Source of the DNA: Candidatus Gastranaerophilales bacterium
Lineage (GTDB): Bacteria; Cyanobacteriota; Vampirovibrionia; Gastranaerophilales; Gastranaerophilaceae
Assembly: GCA_944322615.1 (NCBI GenBank)
Contig: CALUPH010000008.1
Coordinates: 7,003-71,002 of the forward strand
Direction: 5' to 3'
DNA length: 64,000 bases
Position 1 is the stretch's first letter, and every line of letters starts with the position of its first letter. A program made the translations under genes and the position numbers. The notes beneath the pieces were generated by a model that was given only the letters and a program-made list of their open reading frames with translations, was not told the DNA's origin and did not search any database. Of this stretch, positions 1 through 9,602 are shown piece after piece.

Positions 1-338
1 AATACTTCATCACTTATTACGTGTTCAATTTTGCATGCATTCTCTTCTGCTATTGTATTATTTAAGCCAAGAGTATTTTCAAAAAAAGTTGTTAGTGTTT
101 TGTGTTTTAGTATAACTTCTTGTGCTTTTTTTAAGCCTGTTGGAGTTATTGTTATTCCTTTGTGTCCCTCATATATAATTAAGTCTTTTTCTGCCAGTTT
201 CATTAATGCTTCAGAAACTGATGCTCTTGATATGTTTAGTTTCTTTGCAATTTCTACGGCTTTTACACTTTGGCTTGTTTCTAATAAATTACATATTATT
301 TCTAGATAATCTTCTAAACTTGCACTTAAATTATTCAT
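1..338 (-). CDS. DtxR/MntR-family metal-dependent transcriptional regulator (partial, runs off the window start)
   Basis: Not in the ORF track because it is truncated. Reverse-strand ATG at 338 translates to MNNLSASLEDYLEIICNLLETSQSVKAVEIAKKLNISRASVSEALMKLAEKDLIIYEGHKGITITPTGLKKAQEVILKHKTL..., the typical DtxR/MntR N-terminal wHTH. The 31..309 plus-strand ORF is its antisense shadow. Confidence 0.7.
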   Translation of the reverse strand, partial: MNNLSASLEDYLEIICNLLETSQSVKAVEIAKKLNISRASVSEALMKLAEKDLIIYEGHKGITITPTGLKKAQEVILKHKTLTTFFENTLGLNNTIAEENACKIEHVISDEV

Positions 339-358
339 ATTATCCCTTTTTTAATTAA

Positions 359-399
359 TTGTAAGGCATGCCTAACTATTTGTCAAGTGAGCCTTACAA
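359..399. promoter_or_regulatory. Candidate metalloregulator operator / inverted repeat in the divergent promoter region
   Basis: TTGTAAGGC (359-367) and GCCTTACAA (391-399) are perfect reverse complements. AGGCATGCCT (364-373) is a perfect 10-bp palindrome resembling the TTAGG...CCTAA core of DtxR-type boxes. Confidence 0.3.
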
Positions 400-452
400 A
401 GTTTGGTTTGTATATTTCTTTTTAATGTTGTATATTAACAATGCGAGGTATT

Positions 453-1046
453 ATGAAAAAGATTGCAATTACCGGAAATATAGCAAGCGGAAAATCTCAA
501 GTAGAAAAAATGCTTTTATCATATGGATACAAAGTTGCAGATACTGATAAAATAAATCATTTTATATTAGCTTCTGATTTCTCGGCTATTAATGAAATTA
601 AAAATGCTTTTGCAGAAGATGATATTCTTGATGAAAACTCAAATATATCAAGAGAAAAACTTGGTCAAATTATCTTTTCTGTAGGTTGGAAAAAACTGAA
701 ATTAGAAGAAATTCTACATAAAAGAATTTCTGCAAAAGTGGAAGAATTCTATAATGAAAATTCAAAAGAAGATTTTGTATTTGTTGCAATACCATTGTTG
801 TTTGAGACAAAACAAGAAGATAATTTCGATAAAATAATTTTTGTTTCTGCTGATTATGATGTTCGGTTAAACAGGCTTATCCAAAGAAATGGCTATACTG
901 AAAAGTATGCTAAAACAAGAATCGCTTCTCAAATGAAAGAAGATGAGAAGATAAAAAAATCCGATTATATTATTTATAATAATTCGGATTTAATATCTTT
1001 AAGAAAGCAAGTTGATTCTGTTTTAAAACAAATAATTAATTTGTAA
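453..1046 (+). CDS. coaE: Dephospho-CoA kinase
   Basis: MKKIAITGNIASGKS P-loop at the N-terminus, about 200 aa, CoaE-like layout. GAGG RBS precedes the ATG at 453, so I prefer 453 over the track start at 441. Confidence 0.85.
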   Translation: MKKIAITGNIASGKSQVEKMLLSYGYKVADTDKINHFILASDFSAINEIKNAFAEDDILDENSNISREKLGQIIFSVGWKKLKLEEILHKRISAKVEEFYNENSKEDFVFVAIPLLFETKQEDNFDKIIFVSADYDVRLNRLIQRNGYTEKYAKTRIASQMKEDEKIKKSDYIIYNNSDLISLRKQVDSVLKQIINL

Positions 1047-3558
1047 GTTCAATCTTATTTGCTGTTAATTTTAATATTGAAGATTTATAAAAATCAGTAT
1101 TAATGTTTAGGTACTCGCCCAGAACGAGAATAGAAAATAAGAAATCTCTAACTTCTTCAATATTGTCGTTTGCTTCAAGTACTGAATCAAGCAGTTTTGT
1201 AAACTTTAAGTAGATTTTGTTAAAGTACATATTTTGTGCTTCTGCAATATCAACTTTTAGTTGTAATTTTCCGGCACATTCAAATAATTTTAGTATTTTA
1301 TCAAGTCTATGAAATTCAAAATTCTTTGAGAAATTGTATATGGTTTTTTGAATTTCATGTGAAAAGATTGTACTTGTTGGAGCCTTATCTATTTCAACCT
1401 TGAAAGTAGATGCTTCTGTGTTAATTTCTATTGCCTTTTGGATGATGTTATCATCGATTATATTTGCACAATCTTCAAATAAGGCATTGAAATCGCTTGT
1501 TAGTGTATATTGTGCTGCAAGTTTGTATTCCTGCGGAACATTTATTCCAAGGGCAATTAGTTGTAGAATCGAACTTTTACTGTCGTTATACATGTCTCTA
1601 TAATTATTTGAGAATTTACTTAATTTATCTTTAATTGATGTTAAAAGAATTTTACTTCTTTCTTCAATTAAAACATCTCTCAATGTGTAATAATCGTTAC
1701 CGAAGACGTTGTCTAAAAGCCTTATTATTTCGGTTATTGGTTTATTTGTGTATGTTTCAATAAGTCTTTTTGAAATATCTGTTATGTTTTCACTGTCATC
1801 GTATCTTTTTATTGCACAATGGAAGTCTCCTTCAGAGAATTGAAGACAAGCAAAGAAGAAATCATATTTTTCTAATGTTATTTTTGATTCAATTTCAATT
1901 CTGCCTACAGAAAATCCTGTAGTACCATTTGATGTATACTTATAAAAATGTTTCTTTATGTTGTAACAATATAAAGAAGAATTATCGTCAAAGTTTTCGT
2001 ATGTTGATGATATTGCCCATAGTGCTGCAATTTGTTTTATTGATACAATTGAGGGCTTTACGAATCTTTCATAAACGTCTTTACCTGTTCCAAATCCGTT
2101 TATATTACTTTGTGCTCTTGAAAGAATTGATAAAAATCCATCTTCTATGTTTTTAGATGAGAAAGAGGATGCTAATTGCATTGCTCTTGCTGCATATTTC
2201 ATAATTTGAGTTGTTTCAATCCCTGAAATTTCAGAGAAAAACCAACCGCAGCTGGTATACATCAACATTGCCTGACGTTGGATTTCCATTAATTTTAAAG
2301 CTTTTACGATATCTTGTTTTTCTAATTTGTATTTTTGGTTACGTTTAATAAAATTATTTATTGAGGTTTTACTTCTGTCTAAGATTACGGAAATATAGTC
2401 ATTTCTTGCTTCCCAAACATCTTTAAAATATATAGAACCTTGTTCTTCAAAAATTTTAATAAGTTCATCTCTAACGTAGTCTAAAGCTTCTCTTAAAGGT
2501 TTTCTCCATTTTTGGTTCCACCCGTAAACTCCGCCTGTTGAACATCCGCAATCATCACACCATCTGCCTACACCGTGAGCACAACTCCAAGATGAAACAT
2601 CTTTTATATCAACTTCATATTTTGGTGGTTCTTGTTCAAGATAATTTGCGTAGTTTGTAATTATAAAGCCTTCATCTTTAGCTCTTATTTTTAAAACATA
2701 TGATAAAGCCATATCTCCAAATTTAGTATGGTGACCATAGCTTTCACCATCTGTGGCTATATTCACAAGCTGGTTATAATCTCTTTGATTAGAGATACCA
2801 TCTTTTAATCTTGATATAAATTTGTTGCCATCTTTGAGCAGTTCATCAAATGCTACAGATTTTGATATTGAACCATCATAGAAGAATAAATCAATATATT
2901 TTGATTTGTCTGATTTTATATAGTATCTGTATGCTCTGGCAGGATCAATATTACCCCAGCTTACATCTTGCCAGTTATCTTTTGAATTTAGTTTTCTTAT
3001 ACTTTTGGCTTGATAGGGGGATAGTATAGTAAATTTAATTCCGCAATCAACAAGAGCTTCTAATGTCGCATCGTCGCAAGCTGTTTCTGCTAACCACATA
3101 CCTTCAGGAGTTCTTCCAAATCGATATTGGAAATCTTTTATTCCCCATAAAATTTGTGTATATTTATCATTCTTATTTGCAAGCGGAAGTATTATATGAT
3201 TGTATACTTGCGCTATAGCATTACCGTGACCGTTATTTTGCGGAATACTTTCAACATCTGCTTTTATTATTCTTTGATATGAATATGGAGAGTATTGTTC
3301 CATCCAAGATAATAAAGTAGGACCGAAATTGAAACTTATATAAGAATAATTGTTAACAATGTCCATTATCTTATTTTCTTGTGTGACAATTTTAGATACT
3401 GAATTTGGAGTGTAACATTCGGCACCTATTCTCGCATTCCAATCATGGTAAGGGTTTGCACTGTCTTGTATTTCTATTGTTTCTAACCAAGGATTCTCTC
3501 TTGGCGGTTGATAAAAATGTCCGTGTATTGTTAAATATACTTTTTTATTATCCTTCAC
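1036..3558 (-). CDS. Glycoside hydrolase family 57 protein with long C-terminal (DUF3536-like) extension
   Basis: N-terminal HGHFYQPPRENPW motif and overall GH57 pattern; 840 aa. Confidence 0.85.
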   Translation of the reverse strand: MKDNKKVYLTIHGHFYQPPRENPWLETIEIQDSANPYHDWNARIGAECYTPNSVSKIVTQENKIMDIVNNYSYISFNFGPTLLSWMEQYSPYSYQRIIKADVESIPQNNGHGNAIAQVYNHIILPLANKNDKYTQILWGIKDFQYRFGRTPEGMWLAETACDDATLEALVDCGIKFTILSPYQAKSIRKLNSKDNWQDVSWGNIDPARAYRYYIKSDKSKYIDLFFYDGSISKSVAFDELLKDGNKFISRLKDGISNQRDYNQLVNIATDGESYGHHTKFGDMALSYVLKIRAKDEGFIITNYANYLEQEPPKYEVDIKDVSSWSCAHGVGRWCDDCGCSTGGVYGWNQKWRKPLREALDYVRDELIKIFEEQGSIYFKDVWEARNDYISVILDRSKTSINNFIKRNQKYKLEKQDIVKALKLMEIQRQAMLMYTSCGWFFSEISGIETTQIMKYAARAMQLASSFSSKNIEDGFLSILSRAQSNINGFGTGKDVYERFVKPSIVSIKQIAALWAISSTYENFDDNSSLYCYNIKKHFYKYTSNGTTGFSVGRIEIESKITLEKYDFFFACLQFSEGDFHCAIKRYDDSENITDISKRLIETYTNKPITEIIRLLDNVFGNDYYTLRDVLIEERSKILLTSIKDKLSKFSNNYRDMYNDSKSSILQLIALGINVPQEYKLAAQYTLTSDFNALFEDCANIIDDNIIQKAIEINTEASTFKVEIDKAPTSTIFSHEIQKTIYNFSKNFEFHRLDKILKLFECAGKLQLKVDIAEAQNMYFNKIYLKFTKLLDSVLEANDNIEEVRDFLFSILVLGEYLNINTDFYKSSILKLTANKIELTN

Positions 3559-3581
3559 AACTAACTCCTGATGAAAATTAA

Positions 3582-4070
3582 CTATTTTTTAGCAGATTTA
3601 TTTTTATGTGTAAGCATTGTAAATGTTGTAACATCTACCCAAGGATCTCCAAGCGCGTTTGAAAAGACCTTGCCTGTTATTTTAACTTTATCGCCTGCTT
3701 CAATATCCATATTTTTTTCAGCTAATTCACGAGAAATAAAAATTTTCATTTCTGATAATGGAATTACGTGATCTGTAACATCCGGTCTTTTTATAAGAAT
3801 ACCAATATATTTTGTTCCATCTCTAAATGCAGGTTTATAGTCAAGTCCTAAAGAGGTAAATGCGACAAATTCTGCTGTAAATGTTATGTTTTTGTTTAAA
3901 TATTTGCCCGGATGATTAACAACGTCTATAGGTGAAACGCTTAAGTATGCAGCTGCTTGTGGTTTTGCTGGTGTTGCTGTTGCTGCATCAACACTTGTAT
4001 TGTATCCGTTTGCGAACATTAAAAATATAGCAAAAGCTAATATGATAATTTTTTTATATGATTTTTTCAT
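3582..4070 (-). CDS. Secreted hypothetical protein
   Basis: N-terminal signal peptide MKKSYKKIIILAFAIFLMFANG...VDA. AGAGG RBS. Only 23 nt upstream of the GH57 gene, so probably co-transcribed with it. Confidence 0.6.
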   Translation of the reverse strand: MKKSYKKIIILAFAIFLMFANGYNTSVDAATATPAKPQAAAYLSVSPIDVVNHPGKYLNKNITFTAEFVAFTSLGLDYKPAFRDGTKYIGILIKRPDVTDHVIPLSEMKIFISRELAEKNMDIEAGDKVKITGKVFSNALGDPWVDVTTFTMLTHKNKSAKK

Positions 4071-4152
4071 TTCTTAACCTCTAAAAAGTGAACTATCTAT
4101 AATTATATATTTTTATTATATATTTTAACATATTTTTATCAAAAAACATTAT

Positions 4153-4265
4153 TCTTTTCGGGGAAAATGCGCATAAAAAAGTGTAGACTGAAACAGATTT
4201 CCCGAACTGATAAATAATACTTTTTCGCAACCCCGAAAGAAAGTGTTCGTTTGTTCCAATCTACA
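4153..4265 (-). ncRNA. Candidate structured 5' leader (riboswitch/attenuator-like), class not recognised
   Basis: On the minus strand a 13-bp stem UGUAGAUUGGAAC / GUUUCAGUCUACA (4265-4253 with 4194-4182) includes two G-U pairs that become C-A/A-C mismatches on the plus strand. It is followed by C and U6. An alternative 10-bp pairing UCUUUCGGGG (4240-4231) with CCCCGAAAAGA (4163-4153) crosses it. Confidence 0.35.
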
Positions 4266-4361
4266 TATTTAATATAAAGGATTTTTTATTGTTTTTCACT
4301 CCACTATAGAATAATTTTATTTTTGTTTGAATAATTCTAACAAAGTAACACTATTGTATTA

Positions 4362-5444
4362 TTAGGAGTTAAGTATATTAGCTTTTATAATGTCACCCAT
4401 TTTATCAGTACCAATAACAGACAAGCCTTGTTGAGATATGTCTTTTGTTCTATAGCCGTCTTTAAGTGCTTTTCTTATAGCTGTTTCTATTGCTTGATAT
4501 TCTTCATCTAATTTAAATGAATATTTAAGCATCATTGCTGCTGATAAAATTGTAGCGATAGGATTTACTATATTTTGTCCTTTTAAATCAGGTGCACTGC
4601 CATGGATTGGTTCATACATAGCAAGTTTTGTATCAGATAAAGAGGCACTTGGAAGTAATCCCAATGAACCTGAAAGCATTGAAGCTTCATCAGATAATAT
4701 ATCTCCAAAAATGTTCCCTGTTAATATAACATCAAATTGTTTAGGATTTCTTATTATTTGCATAGCTGCATTATCAACATACATATTTGAAAGTTCTACT
4801 TCAGGGTATTCTTTAGAAACATCTGCAACTATTTCTCTCCATAATCTTGAAACATCAAGAACATTGGCTTTATCAACCGAGCATAATTTCTTATTTCTTT
4901 GCATTGCAACTTTGAATGCGATGTGAGCTATTCTTCTAATTTCACTTTCATAATAGCACATATTATTGAAACCGAATTTTTCGCCATTTCTTGTTTCAAT
5001 GCCTTTTGGTGTCCCGAAATAAACATCTCCTGTTAATTCTCTCACTATCATTATATCGGTTCCTGATACAAATTCTTCTTTTAATGGTGATAAAGAAGTT
5101 AGTTCAGGATAAACTGTAGCAGGTCTTAAATTTGCAAATAGATTTAATTCTTTTCTAATGCCAAGCAAAGCTCTTTCAGGTCTTACTTCTGGCGGCAAAG
5201 TATCATATTTCCAATCTCCCACTGCCCCAAGTAATACCGCATCAGATTTTTTTGCAATATCCAGAGTTACATCAGGTAATGGTGTTTTGTATTCATCATA
5301 TGCACATCCGCCAATTAATGCAGGTTCAAAGTTAAAATCAATTGAATATTTTTCTCCGACAGCTTTTAATATTTTTACTGCTTCATCTGTAACTTCTTTA
5401 CCTGTACCGTCTCCTGCAAGTAATGCTATATTATATGTTTTCAT
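4362..5444 (-). CDS. leuB: 3-isopropylmalate dehydrogenase
   Basis: [14 protein letters not shown]-terminus, [20 protein letters not shown] motifs of the isopropylmalate/isocitrate dehydrogenase family; LeuB-like length. Confidence 0.88.
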   Translation of the reverse strand: MKTYNIALLAGDGTGKEVTDEAVKILKAVGEKYSIDFNFEPALIGGCAYDEYKTPLPDVTLDIAKKSDAVLLGAVGDWKYDTLPPEVRPERALLGIRKELNLFANLRPATVYPELTSLSPLKEEFVSGTDIMIVRELTGDVYFGTPKGIETRNGEKFGFNNMCYYESEIRRIAHIAFKVAMQRNKKLCSVDKANVLDVSRLWREIVADVSKEYPEVELSNMYVDNAAMQIIRNPKQFDVILTGNIFGDILSDEASMLSGSLGLLPSASLSDTKLAMYEPIHGSAPDLKGQNIVNPIATILSAAMMLKYSFKLDEEYQAIETAIRKALKDGYRTKDISQQGLSVIGTDKMGDIIKANILNS

Positions 5445-5504
5445 TTTTTTTCCTTTTGTTTTCTTTACCTATTTAATTTTATAACAAAAAATATTTTAAT
5501 ATTT

Positions 5505-5531
5505 AAAAAAGCTCCATATTAATGGAGCTTT
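5505..5531 (-). terminator. Rho-independent terminator of the 5562..5930 gene
   Basis: AAGCTCCAT/ATGGAGCTT 9-bp stem with 4-nt loop, followed on the minus strand by a T-run. Confidence 0.6.
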
Positions 5532-5561
5532 GTATATGAAAAATCCCTATCGGATATCAGT

Positions 5562-5930
5562 TTAAGAGGAGAAAGTCATTAATGCACGTACTGAACGAGC
5601 TGTATTTCTAACATCTTCTTCAGAATGCATTTTAATTGTATCATCAAGAATTTTTATTGCTTCTGATTTGTCTTTTAATGATAAAAGCTCATTGATAGAA
5701 GCCATAGCAACTCTTGCACTTAAGTCATTTATTCCTTTTCCTTTAGAAATAAGAACAACTCTTAAAGATTCGTGAGTATTTTTTCTTATTAATGTTTGTG
5801 CTGTGAATTCTCTGATTTCATCATCAGGAGAATTTGTTCCTAGCTCAGTTAATAAATCAATAGCAGCTTGACTGTCTTTATGTTCGCCTAATGCTTGTAT
5901 GATATTTCTAATCTTTTTATTATTATCCAT
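5562..5930 (-). CDS. Hypothetical small helical-repeat (HEAT-like) protein
   Basis: 122-aa ORF with helical repeat-like composition, followed by a terminator. Confidence 0.5.
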   Translation of the reverse strand: MDNNKKIRNIIQALGEHKDSQAAIDLLTELGTNSPDDEIREFTAQTLIRKNTHESLRVVLISKGKGINDLSARVAMASINELLSLKDKSEAIKILDDTIKMHSEEDVRNTARSVRALMTFSS

Positions 5931-5961
5931 TTTTCTTCTCCCCCTTAATCTATATGTTAAT

Positions 5962-6417
5962 TTATGCTACTGCCGGTGTTAAATCTGACCACATAGTTTT
6001 TAATTCGTCAACTGATTTATTCGTTAGATTTTTTACAGAGTATTCTCTGTCAGGGAAAAGTCTATTTTTCAATCCTGTCATATCAAATGTGATTTCAGTA
6101 TTACCAATTCTTTCAACTGTATCAAATACATTTTTTGTTACTTGTTTACCAAAAGAAACAATGGCATTCATTCTTGATTTGAAAGATTCATTAAAATTAT
6201 TAATTCCGCTTACAACGGCACTTGCAAATAGTTTGCCTCTTTCTGCTATATTTGTAGATGATTTTTTTGCACTTTCAAATACATCTGCTTGTATAACATT
6301 TCCTTTGAAACTTACTCCAAAGGGATTTGTACTTAATTTATTTGCTTGTGCATTTTGGTTTGCAGTTGTACGTTGAGCTGCTTTTGTAGTATGTAAACTG
6401 AGCTTTCCTATTTGCAT
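5962..6417 (-). CDS. Hypothetical protein
   Basis: 151-aa ORF with balanced composition. The overlapping plus-strand ORF 5954..6376 is F/L/S-rich and looks like a shadow. Confidence 0.5.
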   Translation of the reverse strand: MQIGKLSLHTTKAAQRTTANQNAQANKLSTNPFGVSFKGNVIQADVFESAKKSSTNIAERGKLFASAVVSGINNFNESFKSRMNAIVSFGKQVTKNVFDTVERIGNTEITFDMTGLKNRLFPDREYSVKNLTNKSVDELKTMWSDLTPAVA

Positions 6418-6607
6418 AATTATCCTTTCTGTTTTTTATTTCTTTACTTTTGTACATCTAGGTTATCACATTTATTTTATTTAAATATCGTTCTTTTGGT
6501 GTAAATAATATTTAAAGTTTTAATTTATATGAGAATTAAATCAACCATTTAACGGAGTGATTTTTAAAATCTTTTGTAAAGAAATATTTCTTTCTTTTTT
6601 TCTTCAT

Positions 6608-6635
6608 TAAAGATATAAAAAGGATATGCCGATAA
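6608..6635 (+). promoter_or_regulatory. Sigma-28 (FliA)-like promoter candidate
   Basis: TAAA (6608-6611), 16 nt, then GCCGATAA (6628-6635). Consensus is TAAA-N15-GCCGATAA. Confidence 0.3.
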
Positions 6636-6664
6636 TACTAATATCGGATAGAAAAAGGATAGAT

Positions 6665-6793
6665 ATGAACGAATTAAATCAAAACTTAGCTGAAAATCTT
6701 GGCGCTTTTTTAATGGGATTTAGAGATGAAGTAATTAAAGGTTTAGAAGATTACTTGCTTTTAAAAGCAAATCTTTTACCTGAAACAGTTTAG
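6665..6793 (+). CDS. Candidate 42-aa small protein
   Basis: ATG at 6665 preceded by the AAAAAGGA RBS. Translates to MNELNQNLAENLGAFLMGFRDEVIKGLEDYLLLKANLLPETV, stop TAG at 6791-6793. Below the ORF-track size cutoff. Confidence 0.3.
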   Translation: MNELNQNLAENLGAFLMGFRDEVIKGLEDYLLLKANLLPETV

Positions 6794-6822
6794 TATAAAG
6801 TGTCTTTCTAAGTGGTCTCTTT

Positions 6823-7449
6823 TTAGTTTAAATAGGTATTATATTTTTTTTCATCTTTAATAGTTGTATTTGGTCCATGCCCGGGATAAACAATTGTTTC
6901 CTCTGGCAAAGTCAGCAATTTTGTTTTTATTGAATTGATTAGTGTGTCATAATCGCCGTCATCAAAATCAGTTCTGCCTATTGAACGAAAGAACAATGCA
7001 TCTCCTGAAAATAGTTTACCATCTGTATAGTAACTTAAACTTCCTTGAGAATGCCCTGGGGTATGGAATACTGTAATTTTATGATTGCCAATTTTTAAAT
7101 CTGCATTTTCATCAATGAAGTCTTTTATTACTAAGGGATTTGATTCTGTTTTTAGACCAAAATAGCCCATTTCTCTTTTTAGTCGTCCTAAGTGGAAATT
7201 ATCATCTTTGTGTAAATATATAGGTATTTCAGGATATTTTTCGGGTATTTCAGTTTCACCTAAAACGTGGTCAAAATGTCCGTGTGTGTTTAGTATGTAC
7301 TTGATTGTGTAACCTTCATCGTCCAATTCTTTCTTTATACTTTCAAATGAACCACCTACATCAATTAATACGGCTTCTTTTGTTTCTTCATCTTTTAATA
7401 TATATGTATTAACATCAATTGGTCCCGTTACTTTTATATCAAGTTCCAT
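6823..7449 (-). CDS. MBL-fold metallo-hydrolase (glyoxalase II-like)
   Basis: THGHFDH metal-binding motif, later TPGHS and D..F motifs; 208 aa. Confidence 0.85.
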   Translation of the reverse strand: MELDIKVTGPIDVNTYILKDEETKEAVLIDVGGSFESIKKELDDEGYTIKYILNTHGHFDHVLGETEIPEKYPEIPIYLHKDDNFHLGRLKREMGYFGLKTESNPLVIKDFIDENADLKIGNHKITVFHTPGHSQGSLSYYTDGKLFSGDALFFRSIGRTDFDDGDYDTLINSIKTKLLTLPEETIVYPGHGPNTTIKDEKKYNTYLN

Positions 7450-7515
7450 ATTTTCTCCCTTTTTGATTTAGTATAACATATTCATAAAAATATTTAATTA
7501 TGCTATCTTTAAGTT

Positions 7516-8397
7516 ATGAATACATATTCTCAAAAAATAACTTCTTTGCAGGTTGCTGCGATAAAAGATTTATTCGTTAGTTTAAATGCGGTTTTTGATG
7601 TTGTTCAATATTCTTTTTGGAGAGCTAAAACGAATACATTTCAAGCCGTTTATTATACAAGCGGTAAACTTTTAATCCAGGGAAAAAATATTGAAAATAT
7701 TGCAATTGAAATAGATAAAATTTTAGGTATAAATTCTTGTTTTGAACAACCTAATTTGACAGATTTTAACCAGGAAAAATATATCGGTACTGATGAATCA
7801 GGAAAGGGTGATTTCTTCGGACCTTTGGTTGTTGCAGGAGTTCAAGTAGATAAAAATAACAAGCAAAAATTTATTGAATTGGGAATAAAAGATAGTAAAA
7901 AACTCGATGATAAAAAAATATTAATGCTTGCAAATCAAATAAAAGCAAATTCCGTTCATTCTGTAGTAGTTATTACACCTGTAAAATATAATGAATTGTA
8001 TTTTAAATTTAATAATCTAAATAAACTGCTTGCGTGGGGACATGCCAGAGCTATTGAAAATATTTTAGAAAAATCTCCTTGTAATTATGCATTAGCAGAT
8101 AAATTCGGAGATGAAAGTCTCATAAAAAATGCACTAATGCAAAAAGGAAGAAGTATAGTATTAAATCAGATGGTAAGAGCAGAGTCTGATATTGCTGTTG
8201 CAGCTGCATCAGTTCTTGCTCGTGCTGAATTTGTGAAAAGAATGCAAGAGCTTGAATTGAAATATGAGTTGCAGTTATCAAAAGGTGTTTCAGATAAGGT
8301 TATCCAACAAGCAAAAACTTTTATCGCAAAATATTCTTTTGACAGATTGAATGAAATTGCCAAAATGCACTTTAAAACAGTTAATGAGTTAAGATAA
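7516..8397 (+). CDS. rnhC: Ribonuclease HIII
   Basis: GTDESGKGDFFGPLVVAGV catalytic motif after an N-terminal domain of about 85 aa, as in RNase HIII. Confidence 0.85.
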   Translation: MNTYSQKITSLQVAAIKDLFVSLNAVFDVVQYSFWRAKTNTFQAVYYTSGKLLIQGKNIENIAIEIDKILGINSCFEQPNLTDFNQEKYIGTDESGKGDFFGPLVVAGVQVDKNNKQKFIELGIKDSKKLDDKKILMLANQIKANSVHSVVVITPVKYNELYFKFNNLNKLLAWGHARAIENILEKSPCNYALADKFGDESLIKNALMQKGRSIVLNQMVRAESDIAVAAASVLARAEFVKRMQELELKYELQLSKGVSDKVIQQAKTFIAKYSFDRLNEIAKMHFKTVNELR

Positions 8398-8398
8398 A

Positions 8399-9463
8399 TT
8401 ATTCTGTTTCTAATAACTTTTTATATAGTTCCTTTTGTTTTTCAGTAATAGTTTTAGGAATATTAATTGCAATTTTAATATTCAAGTTGCCGTATCCGCC
8501 TGTTTTCTTTGGTAAACCAAGATCTTTTAGTCTTAATGTTTTACCGTATCTTGTTTCCGGAGGGATTTTTATTCCAATGATACCGTGCAAAGTTTGAATA
8601 TCTTTTTTGCAGCCAATAACAGCTTCTGCCGGTGTTATTTCTATTGTTTTTGTTATATTCTCACCATCGATTGTATATTCTGAGTCTTTTAATTTTATTA
8701 CAAAATAAAGGTCCCCTTTTCTACCGTAATTATCGATTTTACCTTCACCTTTTAACCTGATTTTTTGACCTTCTTTCACTCCTTTAGGAATTTTTACTGA
8801 TAAATTACGTGACTTGCTTACAATCCCAGTTCCGCCGCATTCGCTGCAAACGCTTCCTGCGCCGTTACATTTCATGCATTTTTCTACAGTATTCATTTTT
8901 ACATTAATTGGTTTGTCACTCATTAAATCTTTTGCTGTAATATTTAAATCTTGAGTAACATCTAAACTTGTTTCTTGCTGATTACCGTTGCAACAGTCGC
9001 CTGTTGAGCATCCGCTTTGACCTGCAGTTCTACCGGCACTTCCGAATAAATCATCATATGAAAAACTTTGCGAAGCTGTTCTTCTCGTTTTTTGAGCTCT
9101 AGCTCCACCCATTAAATCACCAAAGATAGAACTGAAGAAATCAGAAAAATCTCCACCTGAAAAGCTTTGAGAAAAACCACCTTGGTTAAAATTATTGAAG
9201 TTGAAACCTTCAAAACCCGGAGGTGGTGTGAAATTTGCACCTTGTTGCCAGTTTTCCCCAAGACTGTCATATCTGTTTTTCTTTTCTTTATCTGATAAAA
9301 CTTCATAAGCTTCATTTATATCTTTGAACTTGTTTACAGCATCAGGAGATTTGTTTACATCCGGATGGTACTGTCTTGCAAGTTTTCTGTATGCAGATTT
9401 TATTTTTGCTTCTGTTGCATTTCTATCAACGCCCAGTATTTTATAATAATCTTTGTATTCCAT
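8399..9463 (-). CDS. DnaJ-family co-chaperone (J domain, G/F region, reduced zinc-finger, C-terminal substrate domain)
   Basis: YYKILGV...HPD J-domain; G/F-rich linker; only two CxxCxGxG motifs (CMKCNGAG, CSECGGTG). Confidence 0.85.
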   Translation of the reverse strand: MEYKDYYKILGVDRNATEAKIKSAYRKLARQYHPDVNKSPDAVNKFKDINEAYEVLSDKEKKNRYDSLGENWQQGANFTPPPGFEGFNFNNFNQGGFSQSFSGGDFSDFFSSIFGDLMGGARAQKTRRTASQSFSYDDLFGSAGRTAGQSGCSTGDCCNGNQQETSLDVTQDLNITAKDLMSDKPINVKMNTVEKCMKCNGAGSVCSECGGTGIVSKSRNLSVKIPKGVKEGQKIRLKGEGKIDNYGRKGDLYFVIKLKDSEYTIDGENITKTIEITPAEAVIGCKKDIQTLHGIIGIKIPPETRYGKTLRLKDLGLPKKTGGYGNLNIKIAINIPKTITEKQKELYKKLLETE

Positions 9464-9602
9464 ATTCTAAATCTCCTTACTTAAATGATAATATAAAAAT
9501 CTGCCATATCTTAAATAATTAATCTTTTTTTAATTATGTTTTTTTATGAAATTATCCTGAAATCTTATTAACAAAATCATTGTTTTTTACTATCATATAA
9601 GT

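Noticed and set aside
31-309. 92-aa plus-strand ORF at the window start
   Set aside because: It is the antisense shadow of a clearly recognisable, truncated DtxR/MntR-type regulator on the minus strand (start at 338). Its composition is F/S/I-rich with no motifs.
5954-6376. 140-aa plus-strand ORF overlapping the 5962..6417 minus-strand ORF
   Set aside because: F/L/S/T-rich shadow-type composition with no RBS. The minus-strand partner has more protein-like composition and operon context.
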